Source: Chiloscyllium plagiosum
Lineage: Eukaryota
Assembly (NCBI RefSeq): GCF_004010195.1
Contig: NC_057735.1
Span: 2,055,308-2,119,307, forward strand
Direction: 5' to 3'
DNA: 64,000 nt
Below, one piece after another: positions 24,581-38,308 of this stretch. The notes beneath the pieces were generated by a model that did not search any database, had not been told where the DNA came from, and was given only the letters and a program-made list of their open reading frames with translations. Made by a program: the position numbers and the translations under genes. The stretch's first letter is position 1, and each line of letters opens with the position of its first letter.

Positions 24581-27500
24581 ATGAGGTTTGCAAGACTCAG
24601 TACTAAATCAGGCTACACATTGGGTGAGCAGTTTGAAATAGCATTCTGCTCTCTCACTGACCCTGACAAATAGGTGCTCATCTAGATTCACATTTTAACA
24701 AGAGACATCAGTTGGTGTGGGGCCTACACTGAAGAGAGTTCCATTCGGTCACCATTGCAGAGAGCTGGTGCCTGATCCAGCAAGGAAGGACTAATTTACA
24801 ATATCCACTGCAGAATTATTCACCATGTGGACTATGTTACAAATAGCAGGCTGCAGATGTTCACAGGTAGAGAGTTGGTATTTCCCCGAGAGGTCTCACA
24901 AAGTCTGAGAGAGGATTTGTGGAACTTTCAAATCTGATGGGTTGAGTGAGAGATTCAAGTCTTCCTTCAAACTATTTATAAAATCTCAAATCATCCCTTA
25001 CTCTATGATAAACTGAGCAAACATTTCACATATTTGATTGCTGCTCAGTACTCCTCACTTGGAGCAGGAAAGCTTCAACAATCTTATAATTTCATTCCGT
25101 TACTTCAGTATTTCTGTTTCTGCTCAACCTATTTTATCAGCCTTTTTGAGAAATTATGGCTTTGTTTTATTTCTCATAACTTTTTTTCATTATATTACTA
25201 TACTTTTTTATTATTATTTTTATACATATAATTATTTTGCTGTACATTTCCTACAAATAGTTCCATGATTTAGTGACCGAGGGTCAGCACTGAGCTATCA
25301 ACTGTCTCTTCTGGTGGTGATGTATTTTTCCCTTGACAAATATTTGGAATATTTGGCTTGAAAAACAGTACAAATCATTTCAATGTTGTTGTGCTCTGTG
25401 AGTGACAAAGGATTAGGTTACAGATGCAGATGGAAGCTAAAGGTATACTGTTAGACTTGGTCATCTGCACGCTGTTTTCACTGTAGCCATTCCATTTTTG
25501 TGGCTGGGAGCTTATTCACAGTTTGGACAAACTCTGAGATATATCAGGTTTAGTTTAACCTGTCACGTCCACGGCAAATATTGCTCTTTTGACTGAGGAA
25601 TGAGACAATGCCAACACAGGCTGTGCCTGTGTCAGATCTATGAACAACCTCTTCCATTAGTCTTACTCCTATCTGCCCTTTTCCCACAGCCCTGCAAATG
25701 TTCTCTTTTCAACTTTTCCTTGTATATCCAACAAGCTTGAACAGGGAGTGAAATCGGGTGTCAGTCTAATTACTGCAGCTTCCCGCTGGGCAGCATGGGT
25801 TAAAGTTAATTCTACCATTTATGGATTTATTTGTGCTTTTGTGGGATGTGTTTTACTGGAGAATGAAGCTGTTCCAATATCAGGAACCAGTATCAGTTGT
25901 CCTCATTACTAAGCACTCCTGGATTTATTCATTTATGGGATTTGGGTGTTGCTAGGCTAATTTTTATTGCCCAGAGGGCAGTTAAGAGTCAACCACATTG
26001 CTGTGGGTGTGGAGTCACATGTAGGCCAGACCAGGTAGGGATGGCAGATTTCCTTCTCTAAAGGAAATTAGGGACCCAATGGGTTTAAACAGTAATTAAT
26101 AGTGGTCACCTTTAGTTTTTGGTTCACCCGATGGTATTCAAGCCCACCTCTTCAGAGCATGAGCCTGGGGTTCTGGATTACCCTGTCCAGTGTCATTATC
26201 TATAGTGTTAGGTGAAGGGGTAGGTGCAGGGGAATGGGTCTGGGTGGGTTGCTCTTCGGAGGGTGGGTGTGGACTTGTTGGGCCGAAGGGGCTGTTTCCA
26301 CACTGTAAGTAATCTAATCACTATCCCACTGTCTCTGCTTTGCAAGATCTGCCCTCTACTACCTGTTCAATGCCATACCAGATCGTGTTCACTGACAATC
26401 CTGATGAGATCAGCCTCCTTGACCTACAGTGTGAGTGATTTCCATCTTTATGAATCCCTTCCAGCCTCTTTCCTCACCCTTGCTCTTTCCCTTGCTTCGG
26501 CACAACATCGTGGGCCAAAGGGCCTGTTCTGTGCTGTATTGTTCTATGTTCTACGTTCCCGCCTTTGTAAACCTCTCCAGAGCTTGCTCCAGGTTCAATC
26601 ACTTTGGTTCTTGGACCTTTTGTCACAGCTGCATTTATTCCTCCTACCGACTTGCAACCTGTGTGTGGAACTGTCTTCTCTCAGCTACATCCCCCTCACT
26701 GTCTGTCCTATGTTGCTCCCCTTCTTTAAAAACTTCCTTAAAATCTGTCCAGTTATGCTTATCGTCATAGCTCCCCCTACTGTCAGACTCTCATTTTTCA
26801 TCTGTTTCTCTGTGAAGTGTCTTGGTCCCTGTACCTTAAGAACACTGTAAATCTGATGAATTAGGGCTCTCCTCCTCTTCAAATGAGCATCCCTAACCTT
26901 CTTCCTAACCAGTGTGACAGCTTTCCATTTTCCACACTTGCTGGGTTTTGCTTTCTCTCACTAAGATCACCAGTTTTCTGAAAGTTAGTCCCAAATCAAG
27001 AAAATTGGCACGAGACGCTGGATCCAGACTGTGCTCGACTTATTTTGCACACCACCCCAATGGTCAGCAAATCGAGGAGCCTTTGAATCCATCAGTCTCA
27101 GCTGTAATGGAACCCAGCTCCCTGAGATAACAGGAGGGATTCTGACTAACAATCTGAACCAGTAAACCCATTTCTCTTGGTACCCGAGTGCCACTTGCCT
27201 TAAAACAGCCAATTCAGTGGAGCACTAAAGTTGACCCTCATAATAAAGATTCATGTGACTGAGTAACAGAGAGCCTTGGGAATATTAATACTGAACTAGT
27301 GTCACTCATGGAGATATAAAGCTTAGATGTTTAAATGTCTGAACAGTTTTTAATAGTTCTGTACTGATAATTATGCAAATATCTTTTGTATTGGCACATT
27401 TGTCTATAATATTTTACAGTTTGAACTGGTCAAATATATATCTATAAATACAAATACATAAATATCGTGACCTAATGTTACAAATGCCAGATGTAATGCA

Positions 27501-29579
27501 TTAAAGAGAACAGAGAGGTACCTCAGTAATTGCCGAAGAGCAGTGAATGATCAGAATGCAGACTGTTGCACTGATGGTAGTAATGTAGTTTATTGTATAG
27601 ATCAAAGCATCAAAACCTGAATCAGGTTTCGAATATTGTTTCAATTTTTAATTTTTTTTAATACAAGTGGGAGCCGGGGCTGGGACATTGGATCTGGATT
27701 GATTTTGTCAAATTGATTGGAAGCTGACGGACTCCACAGTCCATCCTGAAGCTCCCCATGTTGATGTAAACCAGGGGGAATGGTCTCAAGTGCGGGGGAG
27801 GGAAACATTAGGTGTGATATAAATCCAGTGTGGGGAATTTTACATGCTCTTACATGCTCATTTCATAGCAATGTGCAGAGTGAGAAACAATTTAAAACCA
27901 AGAAAACATAATGGGATTTTTAAACTCTGTGGAATACCATGGTAACTGTTAAAAGAAGCAGTCGGGAAAGCTCAGAGAGAGAAGAAAATAGGATTATACA
28001 ATTTTTTCCCTGGTTTTAATTTTGGATGCCCATTATTACTGCTTCATGATCAACCAATATCTACCCATCATAATCTTTTATTATCTTGAAGACTTCTTGG
28101 TAGATCACCTTTTGCAGAGTTTAGAGCATAGGACCAGCCCAGTTGGTCAGTGTGATTTTTACACTCCACACAACTCTCCTACTAATCTACTTCCTCTCAA
28201 GCTATCACATATCATTTGGTTCCTTTCTCACTTGTATATTTATCTGGCTTCCCCATAAACGTAGCTATATTATTCACTGCAGCCATTCTCTGTGGTAGCA
28301 CATTTGACATTCTCATCATCCTCTGTGCATAGACATTTCTCCTGAATCCCTGACTAGATTTATTCATGTCTGCACGTCTCCTGCAACTACATATCTCTTA
28401 TCAAACCTCTTTGTAATTTTAAAGATTTCTGTCAGTTCACTCCTCTGCCTTCTCTTTTCTACTTGGGTCTGCGTTTGAATGAGAGTCTAAAATCAAAATG
28501 TTGGAAATCTTGAGACAAATAATTTTTACAAAAAGTGCTTGAAATGCATGGCTAGTCAATCAGCACCTTAAAAACCAAAGGCAGATGTGGGGGTGGGCGT
28601 AGGATCGGGCCAGCCTCCCTGGTATTGAATGGTGCTTCTAATTCCACATAGCCACAATCTTGGAGGTTGAACAACAATGACTGCTCCCATACTCCTCCTC
28701 CTCCAGCACCTGGCAATTCGCCTCTCCCCCCAATAGTTGGTGGGCACTCCCATGCTTTTGGTGCCCACTTTCCAGTTAGAGAGCTGACCGCTCCCCTTTC
28801 TTTATACAGGTCACTTCTAAAACATGACCACTTTGGCCTGAAGTCTCATCAGTTTACAGATAAACAAAAGGCCTCTCAAAATCCTTTTCATCTCTGTACC
28901 AAACCAGACTGATCGGAGCCTGGCCTGGTTTATTACCCCTCTGAAAGAAATCAAGGACAGAGTCTCCTTGAGCCAAGGAACAGCTTTTAGGGAAAAAAGG
29001 GACTAGCTTTGTGATAGTAGCAACAGCCAAATTTTCATTTACTGATGAAGAATCTTATTGAAACATTCATCTCTCTTGTTTTATTATATCAAGGCACCCC
29101 AACTGGAAAGGGGAATAAAACTGGGTCTGGTGTTAACTTTTTTTTATTTGTTCATGGATGTTGACTTCACTGACTAGGCCAACATTCCCTAATTGTCCTG
29201 AAGTCAGTTAAGAGTCAGTGACATTGCTGTGGGTTTGGGGTCACCTGTAGGACAAACCAGGTAAGAATGGCAGAATTCCTTCCCTAAAGGACTTCCGTGA
29301 ACCAGATGGATTCGACCAATTGGCGATGGTTGCCATTAGGCTGGCTTTTTATTCCAGATCTTTTTTTAAAAAATTGAATTCAAATTTCAAAGCCATGTCC
29401 TGAACATCAGCCTGGGGTTCTGGATTACTAGTCCAGTGACCTTACCACTACACCACCAACTCCCCCAACTTGGATTAGTTGCAGCTCAAGTTCTTTCAAG
29501 CTAGAAGATAGGGAATCGAGCAATTGCCTCAAATATGGGCTGCTGCTCTGGCCTGTAAACTGACAGTTATATTTAGTAA

Positions 29580-29815
29580 AAATAGAAGCAAAACACTGCA
29601 GATGCTGGAAAACTGAAAAAAAAAGGAAATGCTGGAGGAACTCAGTGGGTCTGGCAGCATCGGTGGAGAGAGAAACAGAGTTAACATTTCAGATTTAATG
29701 TGTATTTTGTTTTGGAAAAACAAGAAGAGTCAAATATGTTCCAAAACATTAACTCTGTTTTTGTCTCCACTGACACTGCCAGACCTGCTGAATATTTCCT
29801 GCATTTTCTATTTTT
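29580..29815. mobile_element. old Penelope-derived fold-back element
   Basis: CTGCAGATGCTGG head as in the younger copies; arm AAATGCTGGAGGAACTCAG..GTCTGGCAG..AGAGTTAACATTT and its reverse complement at 29743-29810. Confidence 0.6.
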
Positions 29816-30369
29816 ATGATTATTTTTAGTTACTTTTTGTTTAATACTTAATTATTTAATTCTATACTCATTTATCATTAGAAAATTGCTAGTTATTTTA
29901 GAAACCTGATAATATCTTATTCATTCATGGTACGGGGCTATCACTGAATTATAAGTTGGAACTGATGACAGATATAAGGACAAGTCTGTTGTGCCAAAAT
30001 ATTCCCCATTGTGTGGCTGAGCTGAATAGGAATGTCTGATCCTTGAAACCATCTTTGTACAATGTTAAAGTTAGTTAAAGGAGGCTTTTCAGAACATAAC
30101 AGTTATTGACAGTTATAGCTTAGAAAGGCAAAGGGTCTGCGTGAATGTCTGGTGATTCCCACTGGAAACGAATAGTTAAAGGTGAGATGACAGTCCACTG
30201 TAATGTACTCATTACCTGGAACACTCTGGCTAGGTCTGCCTTTGTGTGGCTGGTGTGCAGAGTTATGGGCTGAGCAATAGAGAAGTAAGAAATGTTGGTC
30301 TTCATGTGGCTGCTTTGAGAGCTATACATGACCTTGACAAATGAACTAGCTTTGCATGAAGCCAGTTTG

Positions 30370-30945
30370 AGAAACCCAGTAAGGGAAACATCATGTGAAA
30401 TAAGTGTAGGTTATTTGGCTCTTCGAGCTTACTCTACCATTCAGTAAGATTGTAACTGATCTTCTATCTCAGTTCCAACGTCCAGCCATATTGTCATATC
30501 CCTTAGTATCTGAAAATCTACCCACCACTTTCTTAGATATATTCATTGACTAAGCATCCATCACTCTTGAGGGTAATTTGAAATATTCATAACACCTTGA
30601 GTGAATAAATTTCTCATCTCAATCAAAAATAGCTGACCCTTTATTTTGAGACTGTGACCCTGTGTTCTACATTCTACAGCTAAGGCAAACATTTTCTAAT
30701 GTAAGGCCTGGTGTACTCAATTTCTTTTTGTAGGACAAACCTTATTCCAAAAATGGTCAGACAAACCTTTGCTGCCCTAAGGAGTGCAACAGTATCATTT
30801 TTTATGTAAGGAAACCAAACTTGCCCACCATATTCCAGCTCTAGTCGCACCAGTGTCCTATACAATTGCGATAAAACGTCTCTGTATTTGTACTCCAATT
30901 TCTTTACAATGAAGATTAAAGAAGCAAAAATATCTTGGCTCAGAC
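30370..30945 (-). mobile_element. degraded CR1 3' fragment
   Basis: LEYKYRDVLSQLYRTLVRLELEYGGQVWFPY in ORF 30680..31033. Confidence 0.8.
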
Positions 30946-31877
30946 AGAGATCAAATTTCTCAAAAGTTGCCAGAAGCAGTGCTGTGTAAAAGAATTCTTT
31001 TATATCCGCCTTGCCTATGTTCTTTTTCCACATGATGCACTTTTAATTTCATGCACAATGTGTTTAAGCTGAGTCCAGTGCAATACAACAGCTTTGGGTC
31101 AGCTGAATTATTTCTGAATTAACCACTTGTGGCTATTGTGAAATGATCAAGGAAGACAATGACAGTGAATAGAAATGGATTTCAGCAGGCTTCATGCTGA
31201 TCAGCATTAGTTCAGAGTCAACCCCTCTTGTGGTCCCCATCTCTAAAAATAGAAACACACATACTGAAGGTGCTGATCCCTGAGGTTTGGAGTATTTGCA
31301 GAGTGGCCAAACCATGCCAATGGTGAATGTTTAATTGGTTGTTTCACCACTGAATGCCTCACAGCTTACCTTAATTGTCTCTTCACAATAATTTCCCAGT
31401 ACATATGCTTTCTTGAAAGGATCACTGGATTGTAATCATGGGTAGAAATCCAGATTGATTTTAACAGAACTCCCCTGCTCCATCCCCTGTCAGGATCAAT
31501 AACTATTGGAATCCACAATCTGACCCTAGTCAATATCCCCTCAAAATTATTTGTTCATTTGAATCTTAAAGGGGACAAATTCTGGGCAGCATCTACCAAA
31601 CCTTCTGGGTTGTTGTGTGACTGCAGACATGGAAAGCTTACATGGAAATGTTGCTTTCGGATTCCAACCCACTCATTCTGGGTGTCATCCACACTGCTGC
31701 CTCCATACCCCATTCAAAACTGGCTCATTGCAAGGCATGCTGCCACCAACCCCTTCCCCCAACCTTTCTGCACCTCCCACCCATATTTGAAAATGTTTGG
31801 TTTGAATTATTATGACTAATATTTATGGGATTTTTTTATATTGACTTTAGACCTCAATGTTCTTTGGTTTATAAGCA

Positions 31878-31980
31878 AATAAATGTATAATTTATAACAT
31901 CCAAACAGACAGTTTGAATAAAGATTTTTTGTTGTTTATCTCTGTTTGGTGAACAATTTGGATATTTTTTTTAAATAAAG
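31878..31980 (+). terminator. candidate ATXN7L2 polyadenylation region
   Basis: Clustered AATAAA (31878, 31917, ~31974) with downstream U/GU-rich tracts; use is inferred only. Confidence 0.3.
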
Positions 31981-33221
31981 TTTTATTAGAATTTTTGTAG
32001 TGTCCTGTCTTATCTTCACATTATATCAGACAACTCAGAGATGTCACAAAGCACTTCCCAGATCTTTCAATACATTTTGAAGTCAACTCATTGTTGTACA
32101 GACAAGCATAGCAGCCACTTCGGATACAATATGGATGCTACGAATGTAAGTGAGGTGAATAATGAAATTCTGTTTAATGGTTTTGGATATGGAGGAACAC
32201 TTTCCCAAAAGATCCAGTGGAACTTCCCCAATCTCCAGTTGGTGCTTTGGGATCTTTATTATTTGCCTCCATCAATTACAACAGGCTAATTTGACCTTGG
32301 GTTAGCATTGCACCCAAATGCTGTTTCTGAAAATACAGCAATCTTGCAGTATCAAAATGACAACATGTATAATTGACATGCACACTGGAACAGGAACACT
32401 TGAAATTAAGAAAAGGCATTTAAATAGTGCCTTTCATGATTTTCTGCATCATAAGATCCCAAAGTGAGTGACCATAGTCAAATAACTAGTCTCAACATTA
32501 TTTGAGAAATAAGAATTGGCTAGGATAACAGGGAAACATCTGTCCTACTTTGAAATAAATGCCATTGCCGGCCATGGTTTTTAATCTCATCTCAAAGCTA
32601 ACACCTCTGACAGTGCAGCATACAATGGGACTCAGTCTAAATTGGGTGCTCAGGGCTCTGGTGAGTGACTTAAAGAATAAATGAAAACATTTTCTCTGGT
32701 GATGGGGAGAAGTGGTGCAGCCAGGTCATTTACTGGAGATGTCTGGAGCACAGAAAGAACGGATGATATTGAAAATTGAACTCACTTGCAAGAAAGACAC
32801 TGAGACAAAGAAACAGTTCAAAATTGTGATGAGAGCTTCATTTGGTAATGTAGTAAGGATGACAAAGGTTGCTGGTTGGATCTATAATGTAGGTCAGCAT
32901 AAGTGGCCAGAGGTCACTTATTTCTGTTCGAAAACAAAATACAGATGTTGATGCTGGAATCTGAAATTAAAATAGAAAATGCTGGAAATACTCAGCATAA
33001 ACCCCTCATCAGATCTTTCCAGCACCACATACTCCACTTTGTGACTTCTAGATTTGACAACTATGATCCTGCATTGTTGGTCTTCCATCTTTCATTCTCC
33101 ATAAACATGAGCTCATTCAAACGTCTTCCTGAATCCTAGCCTGCAACCAGCCCTGTTTCCCAATCTCCTGGATGCTCACTGCATTACATTGGCTCCTGGG
33201 TCTGACTGCATTTATTAAATG

Positions 33222-34470
33222 CAGTCAACACAGCTTTGTGAGGGCAGGTCATGCCTCACAAACCTTATCGAATTCTTTGAGGATGTGACTAGTAAGGTTG
33301 ATGAGGGTCGAGCTGTGGATGTGGTGTGTATGGACTTCAAGGCATTTGATAAGGTTCCCCATGGTAGGCTTATTCAGAAGGTCAGGAGGAATGGGATTCA
33401 GGGGAACATAGCTGTCTAGATACAGAATTGGCTGGCCAACAGAAGACAGCGAGTGGTAGTAGAAGGAAAATATTCTGCCTGGAAGTCTGTGGTGAGTGGT
33501 GTTCCACAGGGCTCTGTCCTTGCCCCTCTATCGTTTGTAATTTTTATTAATGACTTGGATGAGGGGATTGAAGGATGGGTCAGCAAGTTTGCAAATGACA
33601 CAAAGGTTGGAGGTGTCGTTGACAGTATAGAGGGCAATTGTAGGCTGCAGCGGGACATTGACAGGATGCAGAAATGGGCTGAGAGGTGGCAGATGGAGTT
33701 CAACCTGGATAAATGCGAGGTGATGCATTTTGGAAGGTCGAATTTGAAAGCTGAGTACAGGATTAAGGATAGGATTCTTGGCAGTGTGGAGGAGCAGAGG
33801 GATCTTGGTGTGCAGGTACATAGATCCCTTAAAATGGCCACCCAAGTGGACAGGGTTGTTAAGAAAGCATATGGTGTTTTGGCTTTCATTAACAGGAGGA
33901 TTGAGTTTAAGAGTCGTGAGATCTTGTTGCAGCTCTATAAAACTTTGGTTAGACCGCACATGAAATACTGCGTCCATTTCTGGTCGCCCTATTATAAGAA
34001 AGATGTGGATGCTTTAGAGAGGGTTCATAGGAGGTTTACCAGGATGCTGCCTGGACTGGAGGGCTTATCTTATGAGGAGAGGTTGACTGAGCTCGGACAT
34101 TTTTCAGTAGAGAAAAGGAGAAGAGGGGAACCTAATTGTGGTATACAACATAATGCGAGGCATAGATAGAGTCGATAGCCAGAGACTATTTCCCAGGGCA
34201 GAAATGACTAACACGAGGGGTCATAGTTTTAAGCTGGTTGGAGGAAAGTATAGAGGGGATGTCAGAGGCGGGTTCTTTACACAGAGAGTTGTGAGAGCAT
34301 GGAATGCATTGCCAGCAGCAGTTGTGGAGGCAGGGTCATTGGGGACATTTAAGAGACTCCTGGACATGCATATGGTCACAGAAATTTGAGGGTGCATACA
34401 TGAGGATCAGTGGTCGGCATAACATCATGGGCTGAAGGGCCTGTTCTGTGCTGTACTGTTCTATGTTCTA
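33222..34470 (+). mobile_element. relatively young 5'-truncated CR1 LINE
   Basis: GRSCLTNLIEFFEDVT, GVPQGSVL, KFANDT, VRPHMKYCVHFWSP and TTCTATGTTCTA tail; frameshifts and a stop make it non-functional. Confidence 0.95.
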
Positions 34471-36804
34471 ATGCTTCAATTTTAAAATTCACATCCAAAT
34501 TTTTGAATCCCTCCATGGTTTTTCTATCCTTATCTCGATCCTCTCCCACAGCCCCCATGAACATTCAAGGATCTCTGCACTTCATTTGAGCATCCCTCAC
34601 CTCAGACACTCCATCATTGGCGAGCTTTCAATTGCTTGTGTTCCAATCGCTGGAACTCCCTTCTGAAGTATCTGTACCAACCTTGAAGAGAAGGCTGAGG
34701 GGAAAATATCATTTTCAAATTCTCGAGGGATCTGGACAGAGTAGATATGGACAAAACTCTTCTCACCTGCAGAAGTATAGATAATCAGAGGTCATAGTTT
34801 AAAAATCTTTGGCAAAAGATGCAAATGTGATGTGTGACTAGCTTGTTTTTATATGGTGTGCTGGAGGCAGGTTCATTTGAAACAAGGTATTAGATAAATA
34901 TTTAAATAACGTGCAGACTTAATGGAAAAGGCAGCAAGTTGAGAACTAGAACAAACAAAACGGGCTGAATTCCCTCCTCCTGCACTGTAATAATGGAGAT
35001 TCTTTCACTTCTTTAAGGCACTGCATAAACCTCACCTCCTTCATCAAGCTTTTGCTTCCCACTCTTAATCTCCAATGGCTGAATATTATTTTGTATGATT
35101 TAAACACCTGTCAATGTTTTACCATGTTAAAGGTATTTATAATACAAATTATTGACAGTAACACAGTGAAGACTGAGGGGCGGGGGGAAGAGAGAGGCAG
35201 TTTGCTATTTAGAAATATGCTGCATTTATTCACACCAGACATGAGCAGGTAGGGCTGAGATGGTGGTTGTGATGGGGACAGAAGATTGGACTGCAAACAT
35301 TGAAAATGAAACAAGGCATAGAAGTCAAAAATCTTTTATTTATCGTGATAACACTGTTATATGCAAATAGAGCACATCTTGTAGCACACAAGTATGCTTT
35401 CACATGATGAGCATCACACCAGAAACACAGGGCAGGGTTACAAAGTGATAAGGTAAAGTGAACAGTGATAGGAAAGAAAAGAGAATAAGAGGCTAGTATA
35501 GTGACCACGCTTCCAGGCGAGGTAAATATAGAGGAGAATCAGGCAACGAGATTGATCGAGAAATCAAATTTATTGTCTTTCTGTGAAAGCTGCAACTTTC
35601 CTAAACTAGTCCTCATCGATTTGTTCAGTCAGGCTTGTAACATTGTAACTTATGCATAAACAATTACTATTTTTGATTCTTTCAGTGACATTGTAACTCT
35701 CAATTATTGTATGCAGGGATCTAGGCAGAGGGTGCAGGTTGTGGCTCATTTACAACAGCCATATACTGAAGTGATGAATGGTGAGATAAGCTCAAATGAT
35801 ATGTTTGTTGTTCACTCTCAGTTGTGTTCTTCATGAAGTTTCAGGATGCCAGAAATCTGAATACTTTCAAATTCCAACCCATTTTCATATTCCATTCTCC
35901 TTGAAATAACTCAATGCATTCTATTTGCAGCTACCTGAATAAATTATGAACAGGCCTGGAGACTTGTAATCCTCATTACCAGAGCTGCAGAACATCTGCA
36001 GTACTAATTTTGTTCTTCCTTCTGCTGCAGACAAGCCTGCTGTTGCCCAGACTCTGCTTGGTCTGTAATATTTTGGCACTCTGTCTAACACACTCTGAGT
36101 GCAATGAGCCAGCCTGACTTTCCCAAACAGGAAATGCTAACTCCTCAAAGAACTACACACTAGCACTACCTCCAAAGGTAATACAATTTGTGAAGGGAAA
36201 TAAAGACATATCTCCTGTCAGTTGCCTTGTTCTATTGCATTCACAAAGCATTGATGTTCTGCAACAGGAGGTGGCTAGGTAAAGAGACAGAACCCCTATC
36301 CCAGCTTGGAAAAATGGACCCATATCATGTAATTTTGTACAACTTGTCATACATTTTGTGGAAATGATTCCATGTTTGCTGACTGATCTCGGGCCACTGC
36401 CATTTCCCTTCACTGTCTGTCTGAAGTTGCTCTTTGACCCTCACTGATATAGACACGGGACAAGTCATCAAACTGAAGAGAAGTGAAGAAAACCCAACTG
36501 AGTTCACACTGTATGATCATGAGCCTCATTTAGGCTCACATGCAATCCTATTGCAATGTTATCCAATCTTAGCTTGTTTCGCTGATTGTTCTTAGATGAC
36601 TCTGTCCTCTGAATCCAATGGCTTTCTGTGTGGAAAAAGACAAGCAGGTTATCTTGCATAAGAAACAAATTGCAGGAAAAGGTCGGCAACATTGCATCAC
36701 ACTGGAAAACAGTTCACTTAGGGATTTCCATTGCACTGATGAAAATATTTGCAGAAATTTGCATGAATAGACCAGGGCTGTTTTCCTTAGAGTTAAGAAG
36801 ATTG

Positions 36805-36925
36805 AATGGGCTTCGCCCGAAATGCCGATTCTCCTGCTCCTTGGATGCTGCCTGACCTGCTGCGCTTTTCCAGCAACACATGCTTCAGCTCTGATCTGCA
36901 GCATCTGCAGTCCTCACTTTCTCCT
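36805..36925. mobile_element. single arm of the Penelope-derived short element
   Basis: GGGCTTCGCCCGAAATGCCGATTCTCCTGCTCC...GCATCTGCAGTCCTCACTTTCTCC, the reverse complement of the family head. Confidence 0.75.
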
Positions 36926-37458
36926 ACTTAATTAGTGCCTACTAGCATTTCACAAGTTTTTAAATGACTACATGAAATGCCACAACATACAAGGCGACTG
37001 TCCAAGTGCTGCAAAATGTGATGAGAATGAAGATGGCTGATGCATCAAAGGGCCTTTGCCCCTGCCATTATATCTCCTTTGCTCAAACTGCACTGACTGA
37101 CACCCACAGATATCTTGTCAAATAGCTATGAACATGCACGGAGTTAACTTTCAGGTAAAAATAAATGGAGTACTCCAGAGTGTGAATTTAGAGTTGAGTG
37201 TTTTGGTCTATCGTTGGCAGAATGATGGATTCTTGTGATAAACATTTTTTTCCCTCCAATATGACTGTGCCAAGGCAGCTTATCACTACCTCCAAAGGTA
37301 AAACAATTTATGAAGAGAAGCACAGACATACCTCCCGGTAGTTGCTGTGCTCGCAGGAAGTTGATGTATTGTAACAGGACATATGCAGGTAAAGACAGAC
37401 AGCCCCTGTCCCAACTGGGTGCATGAATCAGACTTCCTCATGGCTCCTTCCAAGAGGA

Positions 37459-38308
37459 CTAGGCAAAAGTGAGGACTGCAGATGCTGGAAATCAGAGTCT
37501 AGATTAGAATGGTGCTGGAAAAGCACAGCAGGTCAGGCAGAATCCGAGGAGTAGGAAAAAAATCCATGTTTCGAGCAAAAGCCCTTCATCAGAAATGAAG
37601 GCAGGGAGCCTCCGGGGTGGAGCAATAAATGTGGGCCCGGTGGGGGGGGTGAAGGGGGTGGGGATGATAGGTCAGAGNNNNNNNNNNNNNNNNNNNNNNN
37701 NNNNNNNNNNNNNNNNNNNNNNNNNNNNNNNNNNNNNNNNNNNNNNNNNNNNNNNNNNNNNNNNNNNNNNNNNNNNNNNNNNNNNNNNNNNNNNNNNNNN
37801 NNNNNNNNNNNNNNNNNNNNNNNNNNNNNNNNNNNNNNNNNNNNNNNNNNNNNNNNNNNNNNNNNNNNNNNNNNNNNNNNNNNNNNNNNNNNNNNNNNNN
37901 NNNNNNNNNNNNNNNNNNNNNNNNNNNNNNNNNNNNNNNNNNNNNNNNNNNNNNNNNNNNNNNNNNNNNNNNNNNNNNNNNNNNNNNNNNNNNNNNNNNN
38001 NNNNNNNNNNNNNNNNNNNNNNNNNNNNNNNNNNNNNNNNNNNNNNNNNNNNNNNNNNNNNNNNNNNNNNNNNNNNNNNNNNNNNCCACCCTCCTCTCTA
38101 ACCTATCACCTTCATCCCCACTCCCATCCACCTATTGTACTCTTTATTACCTTCTCCCCAGCCCCACCCCCCACTCCCATTTATCTCTCCACCCCGGAGG
38201 CTCCCTGCCTTCATTCATGCTGAAGGGCTTTTACCAAAACCATTGATTTTCCTGCTCCTCAGAAGCTGCCTGACCTGCTGTGCTTTTCCAGTACCAATCT
38301 AATCTCGA
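37459..38308. mobile_element. Penelope-derived fold-back element (gap in the centre)
   Basis: Inverted arms on either side of the N run; exact 15-bp direct repeat CTCCTTCCAAGAGGA at 37444-37458 and 38309-38323. Confidence 0.8.

Noticed and set aside
26224-26850. 208-aa ORF
   Set aside because: Composite of a SINE 3' fragment, a CR1 tail and low-information sequence; no recognisable motif or splice support.
29042-29068. CTGATGA...GAAACATT as an additional hammerhead
   Set aside because: Stem II and stem I no longer pair; too degenerate to call.
33453-34169. 238-aa reverse transcriptase ORF as a functional or domesticated gene
   Set aside because: Part of a 5'-truncated CR1 with flanking frameshifts and a stop, and the catalytic motif is altered (FAND rather than FADD).
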